From contig NC_092379.1 in the NCBI RefSeq assembly GCF_030028105.1, forward strand, positions 91,313,006-91,377,005: a stretch of 64,000 bases of DNA, given 5' to 3'. This DNA comes from Mobula birostris. Its lineage: Eukaryota. Below the pieces are notes generated by a model, which did not search any database, was not told the origin of the DNA, and saw only the letters and a list, made by a program, of their open reading frames with translations. This document shows, in pieces, positions 13,367 through 25,900 of this stretch (positions are counted from its first letter, which is position 1; each line of letters opens with the position of its first letter). The position numbers and the translations under genes are program-made.

Positions 13367-15910
13367 GGTTGAGCTAAGAAGTTGCAGGGGTAAAAGGACC
13401 CTGACGGCAGTTATATACAGGCTTCCAAACAGCTGCAGTGATGTGGACTACAAATTACAACAGGAAACAGAAAAGGCTTGTCAGAAGGGCAGTGTTATGA
13501 TAATTGTGGGGGATTTTAACATGCCAGTAGATTTGGAAAATCAGGTTGGCACTGGATCTCAAGAGAGAGAATTTGTAGAATGTCTGCGAGATGGCTTTCT
13601 AGAACAGCTTTTTGTTGAGCCCACTAGGGAATCGGTTGCACCGGACTGGGTATTGTGTAATGAACCAGAGGTGATTAGAGAGATTGAGGTGAAGGAGCCC
13701 TTAGGAGACAGTGATCATAACGTGATTGAGTTCACTGTGAAATTTGAAAAGAGATGTGTCGGTATTTCAGTGGAGTAAAGGAAATTATAGTGGCACGAGA
13801 GAGGAACTGGCCAAAGTTGACTGGAAAGAGACACTGGCGGAAAGGACGGCAGAGCAGCTGGAGCTTATGCGAGAAGTGAGGAAGGTGCAAGACAGGTATA
13901 TTCCAAAAAAGAAGAAATTTTCAAATGGAAAAAGGATGCAACCATGGCTGACAAGAGAAGTCAAAGCCAAAGTTAAAGCAAAGGAGAGTGCATACAAGGA
14001 AGCGAAAATTAGTGGGAAGACAGAGGATTGGGAAGTTTTTAAAAGCATACAAAAGGAAACTAAGAAGGTCATTAAGAGGGAAAAGGTGAACTATGAAAGG
14101 AAACTAGCAAATAATATCAAAGAGGATACTAAAAGCTTTTTCAAGTATATAAAGAGTAAAAGACAGGTGAGAGTAGATATAGGACAGATAGAAAATGATG
14201 CTGGAGAAATTGTAATGGGAGATAAGGAAATTGCGGAGGAACTGAACGAGTATTTTGCATCAGTCTTCACTGAGCAAGACATCAGCAGTATACTGGACAC
14301 TCAAGGGTGGCAGGGAAGAGAAGTGTGCGCAGTCACAATTACGACAGGGGAAGTACTCAGGAAGCTGAATAGTCTAAAGGTAGATAAATCTCCCGGCCCA
14401 GATGAAATGCACCCTTGTGTTCTGAAGGAAGTAGCTGTGGAGATTACGGAGACGTTAGCAATGATCTTTCATAAGTCGATAGATCCTGGCATGGTTTTGG
14501 AGGACTGGAAGATTGCAAATGTCACTCCGCTATTTAAGAAGGGGGCAAGGAAGCAAAAATGAATTTATAGACCTGTTAGCTTGACATCGGTGGTTGGGAA
14601 GTTGTTGGAGTCGATTGTCAAGGATGAGGTTACGGAGTACCTGGAGGCATATGACAAGATAGGCAGAACTCAGCATGGTTTCCTTAATGGAAAATCCTGC
14701 CTGACAAACCTATTGCAATTTTTTGAGGAAACAAGTAGGCTAGACAAGGGAGATGCAGTGGATGTTGTATATTTGGATTTTCAGAAGGCCTCTGACAAGG
14801 TGTCACACATGAGGCTACTTAACAAGATAAGAGACCATGGAATTACGGGAAAGTTACATACGTGGATAGGGCGTTGGATATTCTGGTTGGCTGCCGGTTA
14901 CCAGTGGTGTTCCACAGGGGTCCGTGTTGGGGCCGCTTCTTTTTACGTCGTACATCAACGATTTGGATTATGGAATAGATGGCTTTGTGGCTAAGTTTGC
15001 TGGCAATACAAAGATAGGTGGAGGGGCCGGTAGTGCTCAGGAAACACAGAGTCTGCAGAGAGACTTGGATAGATTGGGAGAATGGGCAAAGAAGTGGCAA
15101 ATGAAATACAATGTTGGAAAGTGTATGCACATTGGTAGAAGAAATAAACAGGCAGACTATTATTTAAATAGGGAGAGAATTCAAAATTCTAAGATGCAAC
15201 GGGACTTGGGAGTCCTCGTGCAGGATACCCTTAAGTTTAACCTCCAGCTTGAGTTGGTGGTGAAGAAGGCAAATGCAATGTTGGCATTCATTTCTAGAGT
15301 ATAGGAGCAGGGATGTGATGTTGAGGCTCTATAAGGCGCTGGTAAGACCTCACTTTGTGTACTGTGGGCAGTTTTGGTCTCCTCATTTAAGAAAGGATTT
15401 GCTGATGTTGGAGAGGGTTCAGAGAAGGTTCACTAGAATGATTCCGGGAATGAGAGGGTTAACATATGAGGAACATTTGTCCACTCTTGGACTGTACTCC
15501 TTGGAGTTTAGAAGAATAAGTGGGGACCTCATAGAAACATTCTGAATGTTGAAAGGCATGGACAGAGTGGATGTGGCAAAGTTGTTTCCCATGATGGGGG
15601 AGTCTAGTACGAGAGGGCATGACTTCAGGATTGAAGGGCGCCCATTCAGAACAGGGATGTGAAGAAATTTTTTTAGCCAGAGGGTGGTGAATCTATGGAA
15701 TTTGCTGCCACGGGCGGCAGTGGAGGCCAAGTCATTGGGTGTATTTAAGGCAGAGATTGATAGGTATCTGAGTAGCCAGGGCATCAAAGGTTATGGTGAG
15801 AAGGCGGGGGAGTGGGACTAAATTGGAGAATGGATCAGCTCATGATAAAATGGCAGAGCAGACTCAATGGGCCGAATGGCCGACTTCTGCTCCTTTGTCT
15901 TATGGTCTTA
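13367..15910 (+). mobile_element. CR1 LINE, ~2.5 kb, endonuclease-to-3' end, frameshifted
   Basis: ORFs 13293-15545: 'IVGDFN', 'GDSDH', 'KSPGPD', 'WKIANVTPLFKKG', 'VYLDFQKA', 'LYKALVRPH'; tail tcttatggtctta; flanked by 7-bp direct repeat CATTATG (13360-13366, 15911-15917). Confidence 0.95.
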
Positions 15911-16100
15911 CATTATGTATTGCATTGAACTACTGCTGCCAAGTTAACAAATTTCACAACCCATGCCGGTGATAATAAACCTGATTCTGATTCTACAACC
16001 TACAGACTCACTTTCAAGGGCACTTTACAACTCAGGTTCTCAGTGTTAATCTTATATGAGCAATTTGTTTTCTTTTGAACATTGGGTGTTTGTCAAGTCT
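15911..16100 (+). mobile_element. Right halves of the nested Rex1/Babar-like 3' ends
   Basis: 'tattgcattgaactactgctgcc..aataaacctgattctgattct' tail (also at 57110-57190), then 'ctacaacctacagactcactttcaagg'. Confidence 0.7.
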
Positions 16101-16104
16101 TTCA

Positions 16105-17052
16105 AAAAGTTCATAGTAAATTTATTACCAAAGTACATATATGTCATCTTATACAACCCTGAGATTTGTTTACTTGCAGGCATACTTAGTAGATCCAAGA
16201 AACATAATAGAATTAAAGAGAGACCACACCAAATAGGATGAACTAAACAACCAAAGTGCAAAATACAGTAAACTGTGCAAATACAAAACTAACAATAATA
16301 ATAAATAAATAAGCAATAAATATCGAGAACATGAAATGAAGAGTTCTTAAAAGTGAGTCGATAGGTTGTGGGAACAGTTCAGTGATGGGGTGGTGAAGTT
16401 AAATGAAGTTATCCACACTGGTTCAAGACCTGATGGTTCAGGGGTTATAACTGTTCCTGAACCTGGTGGTGTGGGTCCTGAGGCTCCTGTACCTTCTTCC
16501 AAATGGCAATGGGAAGAGCATGGCCTGTGTGCTGGTGTCCTTGATGATGGATGCTGCTTTTCTGCAACAGCACTCTGTGTAGATGTGCTCAACGGTGGGG
16601 AGGGCTTTACCCATGATGGACTGGGCTGTATCCACTACTTATTGTTGTTTTTTTCCATTCAAGGGTATTGGTGTTTCCATACCAGGTTATCATGGTACCA
16701 GCCAAAATACTCTCCAACACAAATGTATAGAGGTTTGTCAAAGTTTTAGATGTCATGTCGAATCTTCACAAACTTCTAAGGAAGTAGAGGTAATGCTGTG
16801 CTTAATAGCACTTACAAGCTGGACCCAGGACAAATCCTGTGAGATGTTAATGCCGAGGAATTTAAAGTTGCTAACCCTTTCCACCTCTGATCCCATGACG
16901 AGGGATTCCTCCAGTTTCCTCCTCCTGAGGTCAATAATCAGATCTTTGGTCTTGCTGACAGTGAGTGAGAGGCTATTGTTGTGGCACCACACCACCAGAT
17001 TTTCAATCTCCCAAATTCGTCACCACCTTGGATTCGGCCAATGACAGTGGTG
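16105..17052 (-). mobile_element. Rex1/Babar-like LINE 3' fragment
   Basis: 'WCHNNSLSLTVSKTKDLIIDLRR', 'VERVSNFKFLGINISQDLSW', 'LPFGRRYRSLRTHTTRFRNSYNP'. Confidence 0.88.
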
Positions 17053-18036
17053 CCGGTTTATATATACTTGTTTGGAAAACTTAATTACATTTCCTTTTTC
17101 CTTATCGGCAAGTAAATGGTTCTGAAGATAGTATGTACTGACATTTATGTACTTTGATAATAAATTTATTTTGAACAGAGTAACCTTTGGGGTATGTTTT
17201 TATGTATGCTGTGGGAGAGGTGTTTTATGCTGCCTGACCTACTGAGTTCCTCCAGCGTGTTGTGAGTGTTGCTTTGAGCCCAGCATCAGCAAAGTGTTTT
17301 GTGAGGTGAGTGTCTGTATTCTTCAGATGGTCATTCTTCAAATGTAGGCCCAACAATGACCAAGTCATTCTAGCAAAGTTTATACTTAAATCAAAGACTT
17401 TTCACATGATATCCACTTACACTTCCAGGAAGCAGGAAATGAAATGAAATGAGTGCAATTGCCCAGTTTTTCCCAAAGCTATTTCAGGATCCTGGAGATT
17501 ATGGTGTTTACTACACCATCAAAAGCAACGCTGGTTAACAATGAATTAATTATTTTCTAACACATAAATCAGTAGGCCATCTCATTACTTATATCGTTGA
17601 TAACGTTATGCACATATTGTTCCCACAAGATAAAATACAGAATTTTACCGTTGTTTTAAAGTAATTAAATTGCGTTCTATGTATGGATAAAACAAGATTT
17701 GTTGATTATGTAGACGGCAACACACAACGTACACTCAATGGACATACATGTTACTGCCAATGAATAGCATTAATGTCACTTGGCATTCATTTTAGCACAA
17801 TCTGAATTCCACCCACAGCTGCAACCGAGCAAAAAAGACTTCCTTAGAAATAAACACTTCATCATCTCTAGCTGCCCATTACTGATCAACATCGATTTCT
17901 GTATCTTACAACGGATTGTAAAAGTTTTTTTTAAATATATATCAAAGTGAGTAGACACAAAACACAGCAATCGTTGTATGTTTGCAAAAGACAGATTTAA
18001 ATATCAACCATTCTGAATAATTTGAAAGAAACACAC

Positions 18037-18082
18037 CTTTCCCACCCTTAGGAGCTGCCTTCGATTTCCCTTTTGGAGGCAT
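18037..18082 (-). CDS. PIN4: PIN4 coding exon 1
   Basis: ATG at 18082: MPPKGKSKAAPKGGK(G)|gtgtgt; 46 nt. The four exons total 390 nt = 129 aa + stop. Confidence 0.95.
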
Positions 18083-18430
18083 GATCTACAGAGCAGTCTT
18101 TCGTCCAGGATATAGAAAGACCCGCATACTAAGTGTCCAGACTCATGCCCGCAAAATAACATAATTCTTGAGATAATAATCGTCCATAAATATTTCTGGG
18201 GTCATATTCGCAGTGTGTAACATTTATAAAATGGGATGGCTCTTAAAAATGTTTCTTGCCATCGAAAAAGCGGTTGCAGTCGTCATGAAGTTGCAGCCAT
18301 CAGATGAAGGACCGGGGGGCCATGATTGTAGTTTCCCGAGGAAGAGTAGCGAGAGCGGTCTGAAAGCGGTGAAGGTGTACGATTTTTTACGTTGGATCTG
18401 TACGTGGTAAATTTCTGATACTGCTGCAGT
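18083..18430. promoter_or_regulatory. Putative PIN4 promoter (CpG-enriched, possibly bidirectional)
   Basis: Locally raised CpG directly upstream of the PIN4 ATG; ACTACA-type motif on minus (tgtagtttccc ~18326). Confidence 0.55.
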
Positions 18431-18721
18431 AGGATGGAAACAAAACATTGTAACAAAGCTAACGAATAAGAGATTGTATGCTTAAGGGATAAGGAAGGTG
18501 AGGTCTGGGCGGGATGAAGGATTGGGAAGGGCAGATTGAACGAAAACAAATGGAGAAACTCAGATCAATGGAGAAACTCAGATCAATGGAAAAGTTACAC
18601 ACATGCAAAGACAGTGAAGATGTTTCTTTGCTATTGTTCAAGCATAGGAAGTAACATGGTGACAACTCAGTCGCGAGAGAACCATAGGACAGATAAGTAC
18701 ATCTAATTTTGTTGAAGCCAA

Positions 18722-18928
18722 GATTTATACTTTATACTTTATTGTCGCCAAACAATTGATACTAGAACGTACAATCATCATAGCGATATTTGATTCTGCG
18801 CTTCCCGCTCCATGGATTGCAAATCGATAGTAAATATTTAAAAAAAATTAAATTATAAATAGAAAATAGAAAAATGGAAAGTAAAGTAGTGCAAAAAAAA
18901 ACCGAGATGCATGTCCGGATATTTGGGA
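18722..18928 (-). mobile_element. LINE 3' tail fragment with short tandem tail
   Basis: 'tttatactttatactttattgtcgcc' = minus-strand AATAAA followed by (AGTATAA)n. Confidence 0.45.
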
Positions 18929-19411
18929 TACTCCCATTTCCGTCACAATATGTTGTAAAAGATAGACTGAGAGTTTTTGACCGTATAGTTGCATTTTTAT
19001 TTGGGTCACTGATATTCATAATTCGAAACAACTTTATGGGACTTTCCATTAGATTGATCTACACTGTATATACTGTACTGCAAGAACAAACATGCAAATG
19101 AGTGGACTTAAATGTGTCCACCAATTGCTGATGTTCTCACAAATGAATAGCCAATATGCATTTTACAGTTGCTTGTTTTAGTTCTACGATAACATGGCAT
19201 TTTACTCACAGCTTTGTTGAAGTGCCAACGTATTCAACCTAACAGTCATATGTACGAATTGGAGCTTTCTTATCTAGTTATCAGCAGAACCCATAATAAG
19301 CTCCTTTTTCGTCCATTCCTGCACTCAAATGTATCAATTTGTGTCAATCATTCCTTGTAGCCGGCAAGTTCCAGAATCTAGTAATTGTTTCTTTAGAAGT
19401 GACCACCTGTC

Positions 19412-19458
19412 TCTCCCGCCCCCCCCCCGTCCCCCGTCCCCCGTCCCCCACCCCCCAC
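19412..19458. repeat. C-rich low-complexity tract (CCCCCGT)n
   Basis: ctctcccgcccccccccgtcccccgtccccgtcccccaccccccac. Confidence 0.8.
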
Positions 19459-20199
19459 TGCCTCTTCCCGGTGTCCAAACAGCTCCTTCCTGAATCACGG
19501 TGTAGATTGGTACAATGGACAGGATCACTGCACAAGAATCTCGGGAAAATGCGGGGAGTATCACAGCCTCTAGTCTCGAAGAAAGGTCTTGACCCAAAAA
19601 GACGTTGTGCCCATTTGCCTGACGTGCTGAGTCCTCCAAGATCTTGTGTGTTGCATTGATTCTAACAGTAGGGAGGTAGTGAAGGACACTCTAATTAAAT
19701 TTACCTACATAATTAATCTCCAGTCACAGGAAAATTACTAACAATACTGTCTTTGGAAAATATAAATTCGCTTGAAAGGGAAATGAACCAATGTCAATGT
19801 CTTCTAGTAACTGAGGCCCTGGTTATATTCAGGCCAGAAACATTAGGGAAGGCAAATTATTCACATAGCTGACACCCGATTCTTTGTCATGGGAAAAGAT
19901 TATCCTGCTGGGAAGAATGTGACCACTGAATGCCATGAGCCTCTGACCCATGACAATTTAGTGCAAAGAAAGACCATTTGTGACGTATTGAGAAACTTGA
20001 GGCCTTGCGCTGGAAGCATGTAGATGCTCTGTGTAAGCAGTGGAATGAAAAACGTCTCATAAACCATGCGCCTGTACACCCTCAGCCACCATTTTGCCTA
20101 TCTGTAGAAGAGTTTGCTGCTCCTATATTGATCCCAGCCATTTATCTTGGAGGACAGACAAAGAAACCCCTGAGAAGGGTTGAAGTTTACTGTTGACAC

Positions 20200-21410
20200 A
20201 CACATTCAAGAAAGGGGTATGGATAATGCTGGGACTTAGATCAGTGAGTCTTACTTTAAGGGTGGGCAAATTATCGGAGAAGATTCTTAGATTATTGAGC
20301 ATTTGGAGAAGCATTGTCTGATGAGGGATACTCAGCATGGTTTTATGAGGGGCGGGTCATGCCTCATGAGCTGATTGAATTCTTTGAGAGTGTGACAAAG
20401 CACATTGATGACGATAGAGCAGTGGATGTGATGTATAGAGATCTTAGGAAGGTGTTTGATAAGGTTCCCTCTGGTAGGCTCATTCAGAAAGTCAGGAGGC
20501 ATGGGATCCAAGGAACAGAGGTATGGATTCAGAATCGGCTTACCTATAGAAGATAGAGGGGGCTGAGTCATATAACACTACAACAGTGAAATAGGCCCTT
20601 CGGCCCATTTAGTCCATGATGAACCATTGATCTGCTCAGTCATCCATCTATAGCTGTCCAAATCCCTCCCATCCATGTGCCTATCCAAATTTCTCTTAAT
20701 TGTTGAAATCAAACCTGCGTCCACCACTTTCACCACCCTACGGGTGAAGAATTTTCCCCTCATGTTCTCCTTAAACATTTCACCTGTTACCCTTAACCTT
20801 TCTAGTCTTACCCAATCTCAATGGGAAAAAAAGACTGTACATCTGGGTTGTAGGTGAAGAGTGTTCTGCCTGGAGGTCAGTGAACAGTAGTGTTACACAG
20901 GGATCGGTTATGGGAACCCTGCTCTTTGTGCTTTTTTTCTACATAAGTGACTTGGATAAGTTTGCAGATGACACGATAGTTGGGTGGTGGTGTTCAGGGT
21001 TTTAACAGGACACTGACAGGATGCCAAGCTGGGCTGAGAAGTGCTAGATGGAGTTCAACCTGGAAAAGTGTGAAGTGGAAGATCAAATTTGAAGGCAGCA
21101 TTCAGGGTTAATAACAGGATTCCTGGCAGAATGGAGGAACAGAAGAACCTTGGATTCCACATCCATAGATCCCTCAAAGTTGCTCTGCAAATTGATAGGT
21201 TTGTTAAGAAGGTGTATGTTGTGTTGGCCTTCCTTGGTCGGGGGGTAGGATTCAAGATCCATGAGGTCATGTTGCAGCTCTATAAAACTCTGGTTAGACC
21301 ACACTTGTAATATTGTGTTCAGTTCAGTTCTGGTCACCCTATTCTTGGAAGGAAGTGGAAGCTTTAGAAAGGTTGCAGAAGAGATTTACCAGGATGATGT
21401 CTGGATTGGA
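20200..21410 (+). mobile_element. CR1 LINE RT fragment interrupted by an opposite-strand CR1 3' piece (~20565-20840)
   Basis: 'LIEFFESVTKHIDDDRAVDVMY..KVFDKVP', 'VMLQLYKTLVRPHL'; internal minus ORF 'RGKFFTRRVV'. Confidence 0.85.
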
Positions 21411-21699
21411 GTCGAAGTAGAGATTGTTTTGCAGAGAAAAGAGCCAAAAATACTCAATTAATCTTTTGCTTGCTATTTCTTGGTCATATAGTTTTACATT
21501 TGTACATAGCAGTGCAGATTTTCACAAATAAAACGGCAGAGGGTTTTAAGTTTAAGAGAAACCGTATCAGCTCCTTTTATCGTCAACCAAACACAGAGCA
21601 CGTTGTTACATCATCACGTCAAACCAGCCTCTTAAGGAGAACCCCAAATGAATGTAGGTGGTTGTGAATTATGCATCTGTTGCATTACTCCGCACAGAA

Positions 21700-23060
21700 A
21701 CCCCCAGAATTTACCAAAGCCGGCATCGGGAGCCTGCCCGGAGCTTGGACGAGCCGCCCAGCTTAGGTCCTATGCTCCATGACTAGATTAACATCAGGTG
21801 CCTCAGGCTGTCTGGAGGTGTGTTGACACACTGCTGGTCATGATGTGACACCAGGGGCATGGTAATGGAACGCACCAACTTTTGGTGGGCCGAAATACAT
21901 TGAGGTTTCCCCCTCCTATCAATGATAAAAGACTTTTGCCTCCTTTCCAAAATGCAGAATGGGCCATCATAAGGGAGCTTAAGGAGATGTTGTTGTGCAT
22001 CATTGCGGATGAAAACGAATGAGTTGAACTGTAGGTCAACCAGAACCCAAAAATGCTGAACACCTTGATGGGAGGTAGGAATAGGTGCAAAGGAATTGAA
22101 TTTTCTGAAGAGGGCAGAATGCTGCTGACTGGCCAACCAGGTGGCCGTGGCCTCAGGAGCAAAATCACCTGGTACTTGTAACGACTGCCTGCATACCGTC
22201 TCGGCTATGGATGACAGCAGGTCTTTTTTGAGAGCTGCTCTGGCCCCCAGTAGGACCCACAAGTGGCGATCATGCCAAAACTCATCTGTCAGGGAAGCTG
22301 TCAGAGCAGTCTTTACGGAGCTGTGAAACCGCTCACACAGGCCGTTGGACTGTGGGTGATAAGCCATGGTGTGATGTAGCCTAATGCTGAGGTTCTGGGC
22401 CATTGCAGCCCAGAGGTCTTATGAGAACTGGGGACCACAGTCAGAGGAAATATCAGATGTGGTGCCAAACGGAGCACCTCAGGTACTGATGAACGTCTGT
22501 GCCACGCCTGCGGCATCGTCAATGCTAGCGGAATGACCCCTGGCCAGTTGGTGGTATGGTCCACCATGGTAAGGAGGTGCGTAAAAGCACAGGAGAGGTG
22601 AAGGGGACCAACCAGGTCCACTTTGGCATGGCCATACTGTCACACAGGGATCTCATAAGGTGCCCAGGGTGCCTGAACATGACAGTTAATTTTTGCCCAC
22701 TGGCACTCGACACAGGCTGCTCTCCAATCATGCAGGTCTTTTCTAAGGCGGTGCCACGCAAACTTTAGTGTAAACAGTTTCTGTAAGGCCTTCTGGCCCG
22801 GATGCAAGGATCCGTGAATGGAGTTAAAAACATTCCGCCTTCACCTTGCGGGCACTATGGGGTGAGGGGGACTAGTTGAGGCATTGCTCAGGAGAGAAAC
22901 CCCAGCTTCCCTGAGCTTAATGTCAGCCATTCACAGGCCCGTGACTGCTGCTTAGTAAGCCTGGACCTCTGTGTCAGTAGTTTGGTCGGCTGCCATGCTG
23001 GCTTTGTCAACCTGGGAAAGGTCAGCACCCATAAGCCATTACTACTGACCCTTTCCAGGT
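21700..23060 (-). mobile_element. Ty3/Gypsy integrase fragment, frameshifted
   Basis: 'DLVGPL..LLTMVDHTTNWP', 'HHTMAYHPQSNGLCERFH' and GPY/F-like 'LKLPYDGPFCIL'. Confidence 0.88.
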
Positions 23061-23401
23061 TGACTATGTTGGGTCAGTAAATTAACCCACATTATTGTAT
23101 CTATTCTTTGTTACCAATATTTCTTCCTCACAGTTCTTGTTCAGGAATCTCCGCATCCTCACTGTGAATGACATTCCTCCACTTACATTTCCCGCACTCT
23201 CTGGGTATTTTTGTTTCAATTTTCAATCAAAGGCAGCCATAATGGAATGGTGGAGCAGACATGATGGGCCAAATAGTCTAATTCTGCTCCTATGTCTTAC
23301 GGTTTTTATCATCTAAATGCCATCAACCAACAGATTTAACTCTTTCCCTTGCAGATGCATATTTGACATGTTAATTTAAAAAAATAACCCCCCCCCAAGA
23401 A

Positions 23402-24326
23402 AAAACTTCCGACAGCTGAATGAAGGCGAGTCTGAAGTTGTCCTATTTGGCCCCCCTGAATCCATTAAAATGATTACCAACAGTCTTGGTAACCTGTCCA
23501 CCCTTGTCAAACCCCATGTCAAAAAACTTGGTGTGATATTTGATTCCACTTTGAAGTTTGACAAGCAAGTTAATGCAGTAGTAAAAGCCAGTTTTTTCCA
23601 GCTTCGTACTATTGCCAAAATCAAGTCTTTTCTCTCTTTCAGAGATCTTGACAAAGTCATCCACACCCTTATAACCTCCCGCTTGGACTACTCCAACTCC
23701 CTGTATACTGGGATCAGTCAGTTGTCCCTGTCCTGTCTGCAACTGGTCCAGAATGCCGCAGCCAGGCTCCTGACAGGTGCCCGGAAGAGGGACCACATTA
23801 CTTCTGTCCTGGCCTCTCTCCACTGGCTACCAGTACGGTTTAGAATTGATTTTAAGGTTCTCCTGATTGTTTTTAAAGCCCTAAATGGGCTGGCCCCCTC
23901 CTATATTGTAGACCTTCTAAACCCTTATTCTACTTCCAGGTCCCTCAGGTCGGCTGACTTGTGGCTCCTGGCTGTCCCACGATCTAACTTTAATCTCAGG
24001 GGTGACTGCACCTTTGCTATTGTAGCCCCTAGTTTGTGGAGCAGCATTCCCCTCCCTATCAGATCTGCCCCCTCCATTGACCCTTTTAAGTCCAGGCTCA
24101 AAGCTTACCTTATTTTATTCACTAGCTTTTGAATCTTCCTGATGTGGCTGATTTTTGGGCTTGTGCTTAGGCACATGTTTATTTTGTGCCTATAAGCTGT
24201 GTGCCTTGTTGTTTATATCTATGTTTCTTGTATTTGTGATTTTAGCTACCTGTTATGGATTGTACAGCACCTTGGTCAACATGGGTTGTTTTTAAATGTG
24301 CTTTATAAATAAATTTGACTTGACTT
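23402..24326 (+). mobile_element. L2-clade LINE, 5'-truncated, open ORF2 C-terminus and complete 3' tail
   Basis: 'KLGVIFDSTLKF', 'SRLDYSNSL', 'LQLVQNAAARLL', 'LHWLPVRFRIDFKVLL'; 3' end gtacagcaccttggtcaac..gttgtttttaaatgtgctttataaataaa(ttgac)n. Confidence 0.93.
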
Positions 24327-24509
24327 AATTTGATATATTAGTCATTGGTCTGATCAAAACACCATCCCTTCCTGTCCCATCCTGCTGTATCACTGAAAAA
24401 CAAATATAAAAGTGGATGCAGGAAATCTGAAATAGAAACAAAATATGGTGGAACTACTCATCAGGTCAGGCAGCATTTGTTAAAAGCAACACAGGGTTAA
24501 TGTTTAAGG

Positions 24510-25400
24510 TTGATGGTACGGTGTTTCCCTGGTGCCAGGGCCAAGGGTGTTGCTGAACAGCTGCAGAGCATCCTGATTGGGAGGGTGAAGAGCCAAAGGT
24601 CATAGTGTTGAGGTCGCAGTACCTGACAAGCTGGATAGAAACAAGCTGACTTTGGGGAGCTAGGAAGGAGGTTAAAAAACAGGATTTCAAAAGTCGTTAT
24701 CTCAGGAAAGTTCCAATTGCCACATGATAACTAGGAGAATAAAGTAAATGAATAGGTGCCTGGAGATAGTTAAGACGGATTTTTTCTTTCGGTTTGAGGC
24801 TTTGGGAATGTTTGTGGGTCAGCTGAGATCAGTACACACGGAATGGGTTCCACTTCAAAGGAATCAGGATTGACATCATTGGAGGGAGGGGTAGGTGTGT
24901 GGAAGCAGTTACTGGGGAGGGTTTAAACTACTTTGGCAAGGATAGAAACCTAAAGTGGAATTCAGAAAGGAGAAGATCAAAGCAGGTAGCGTACCAGATG
25001 AATTCCAGGGATGGCAGGCTTGCTGTGTGATAGATTAGATGTGTATCCTCTAGAGTTAAGGTAGAATGAGGAGAGATCTCATTGAAAGTTACAAACTTCA
25101 TACAAGGCTCAGCAGGGAGAATTTTTCCCCAGCCTGACGCGGCTTGAATGAGGGATCACTGTCTCAGAATAACTGTAAACTGTTTAGTACTGACATTGGG
25201 AGGGATTTCATCACACAGAGGGTGATAAATCTTTGGAATTTTGTACCCCAGAAAGCTCTTTTGCTCAGTGATGAGTTCATTTAAAGCAAAGATGGATAGA
25301 TTTCTAGACAGTAAAGGGATGTGGGGGCCCTGGAGGAAGGCGAGCAATCATGTTGATGTATGGTGAAGTAGATTTGAGGGGCTGGTTGGCTTACTCCTGC
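24510..25400 (+). mobile_element. Old CR1 fragments
   Basis: 'tttccctggtgccagggcc', 'ggggagggtttaaacta' and 'cacacagagggtgataaatctttggaatt' are CR1-like. Confidence 0.55.
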
Positions 25401-25599
25401 ACGCACTTCTGTTGTAATAATTTTATATCAGAGCAGATGGTCTTGGGTTTAAATATTTGACTGATTTCCCATACAATATAGAAAGGTATGAAATTGCAGA
25501 TGCGGAAAATTTGAATCATCATCAGAAACATTGCAGCATCTTTTGCTTTTACCCTTCCCTCGTGAATTGTGGGCATGACCCTTCGCTGAAAGAGCAATG

Positions 25600-25900
25600 A
25601 CATTTATTGCGATGCAGCGTGCGGGTGTGTTGGTGTCTATCAATCAGTCTTCCGGAACAGGGGGCAGTGTACCTGGTGAGGGTGTTGTAGTGCGCCGAAG
25701 ATGCGCCGACGCATTGTCGGCCACGTCAACATAAGGTATGTTCAGGAAATGCAGGTAAAAATCTGCTTCGAGCCTTCCCGTAGAGCAGGGCGCACAGATT
25801 CCATGTTCACTGTGGGCCGCTTTGTGTTGAATCGTCCCCCGGTTTGTTTATAGTCTCGCACAGACACTTTATGTTTAACCTCGATATTTATCGGACGGTG
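25600..25900 (+). promoter_or_regulatory. CpG-rich patch; candidate promoter/non-coding first exon of the PLA2G12A-like gene
   Basis: Dense CpGs (gcgccgaagatgcgccgacgcattgtcggccacgtc) ending at donor AAG|GTATGT (25735/25736); ACTACA motif on minus at ~25685. Confidence 0.5.

Noticed and set aside
18551-18590. Short tandem duplication (TGGAGAAACTCAGATCAA x2)
   Set aside because: Simple 18-bp slippage duplication with no evident function.
25425-25525. Minus-strand C/D-box snoRNA (ATGATGA...CTGA)
   Set aside because: No convincing terminal stem, no rRNA guide recognised and no established host intron on that strand; such motifs are common by chance.
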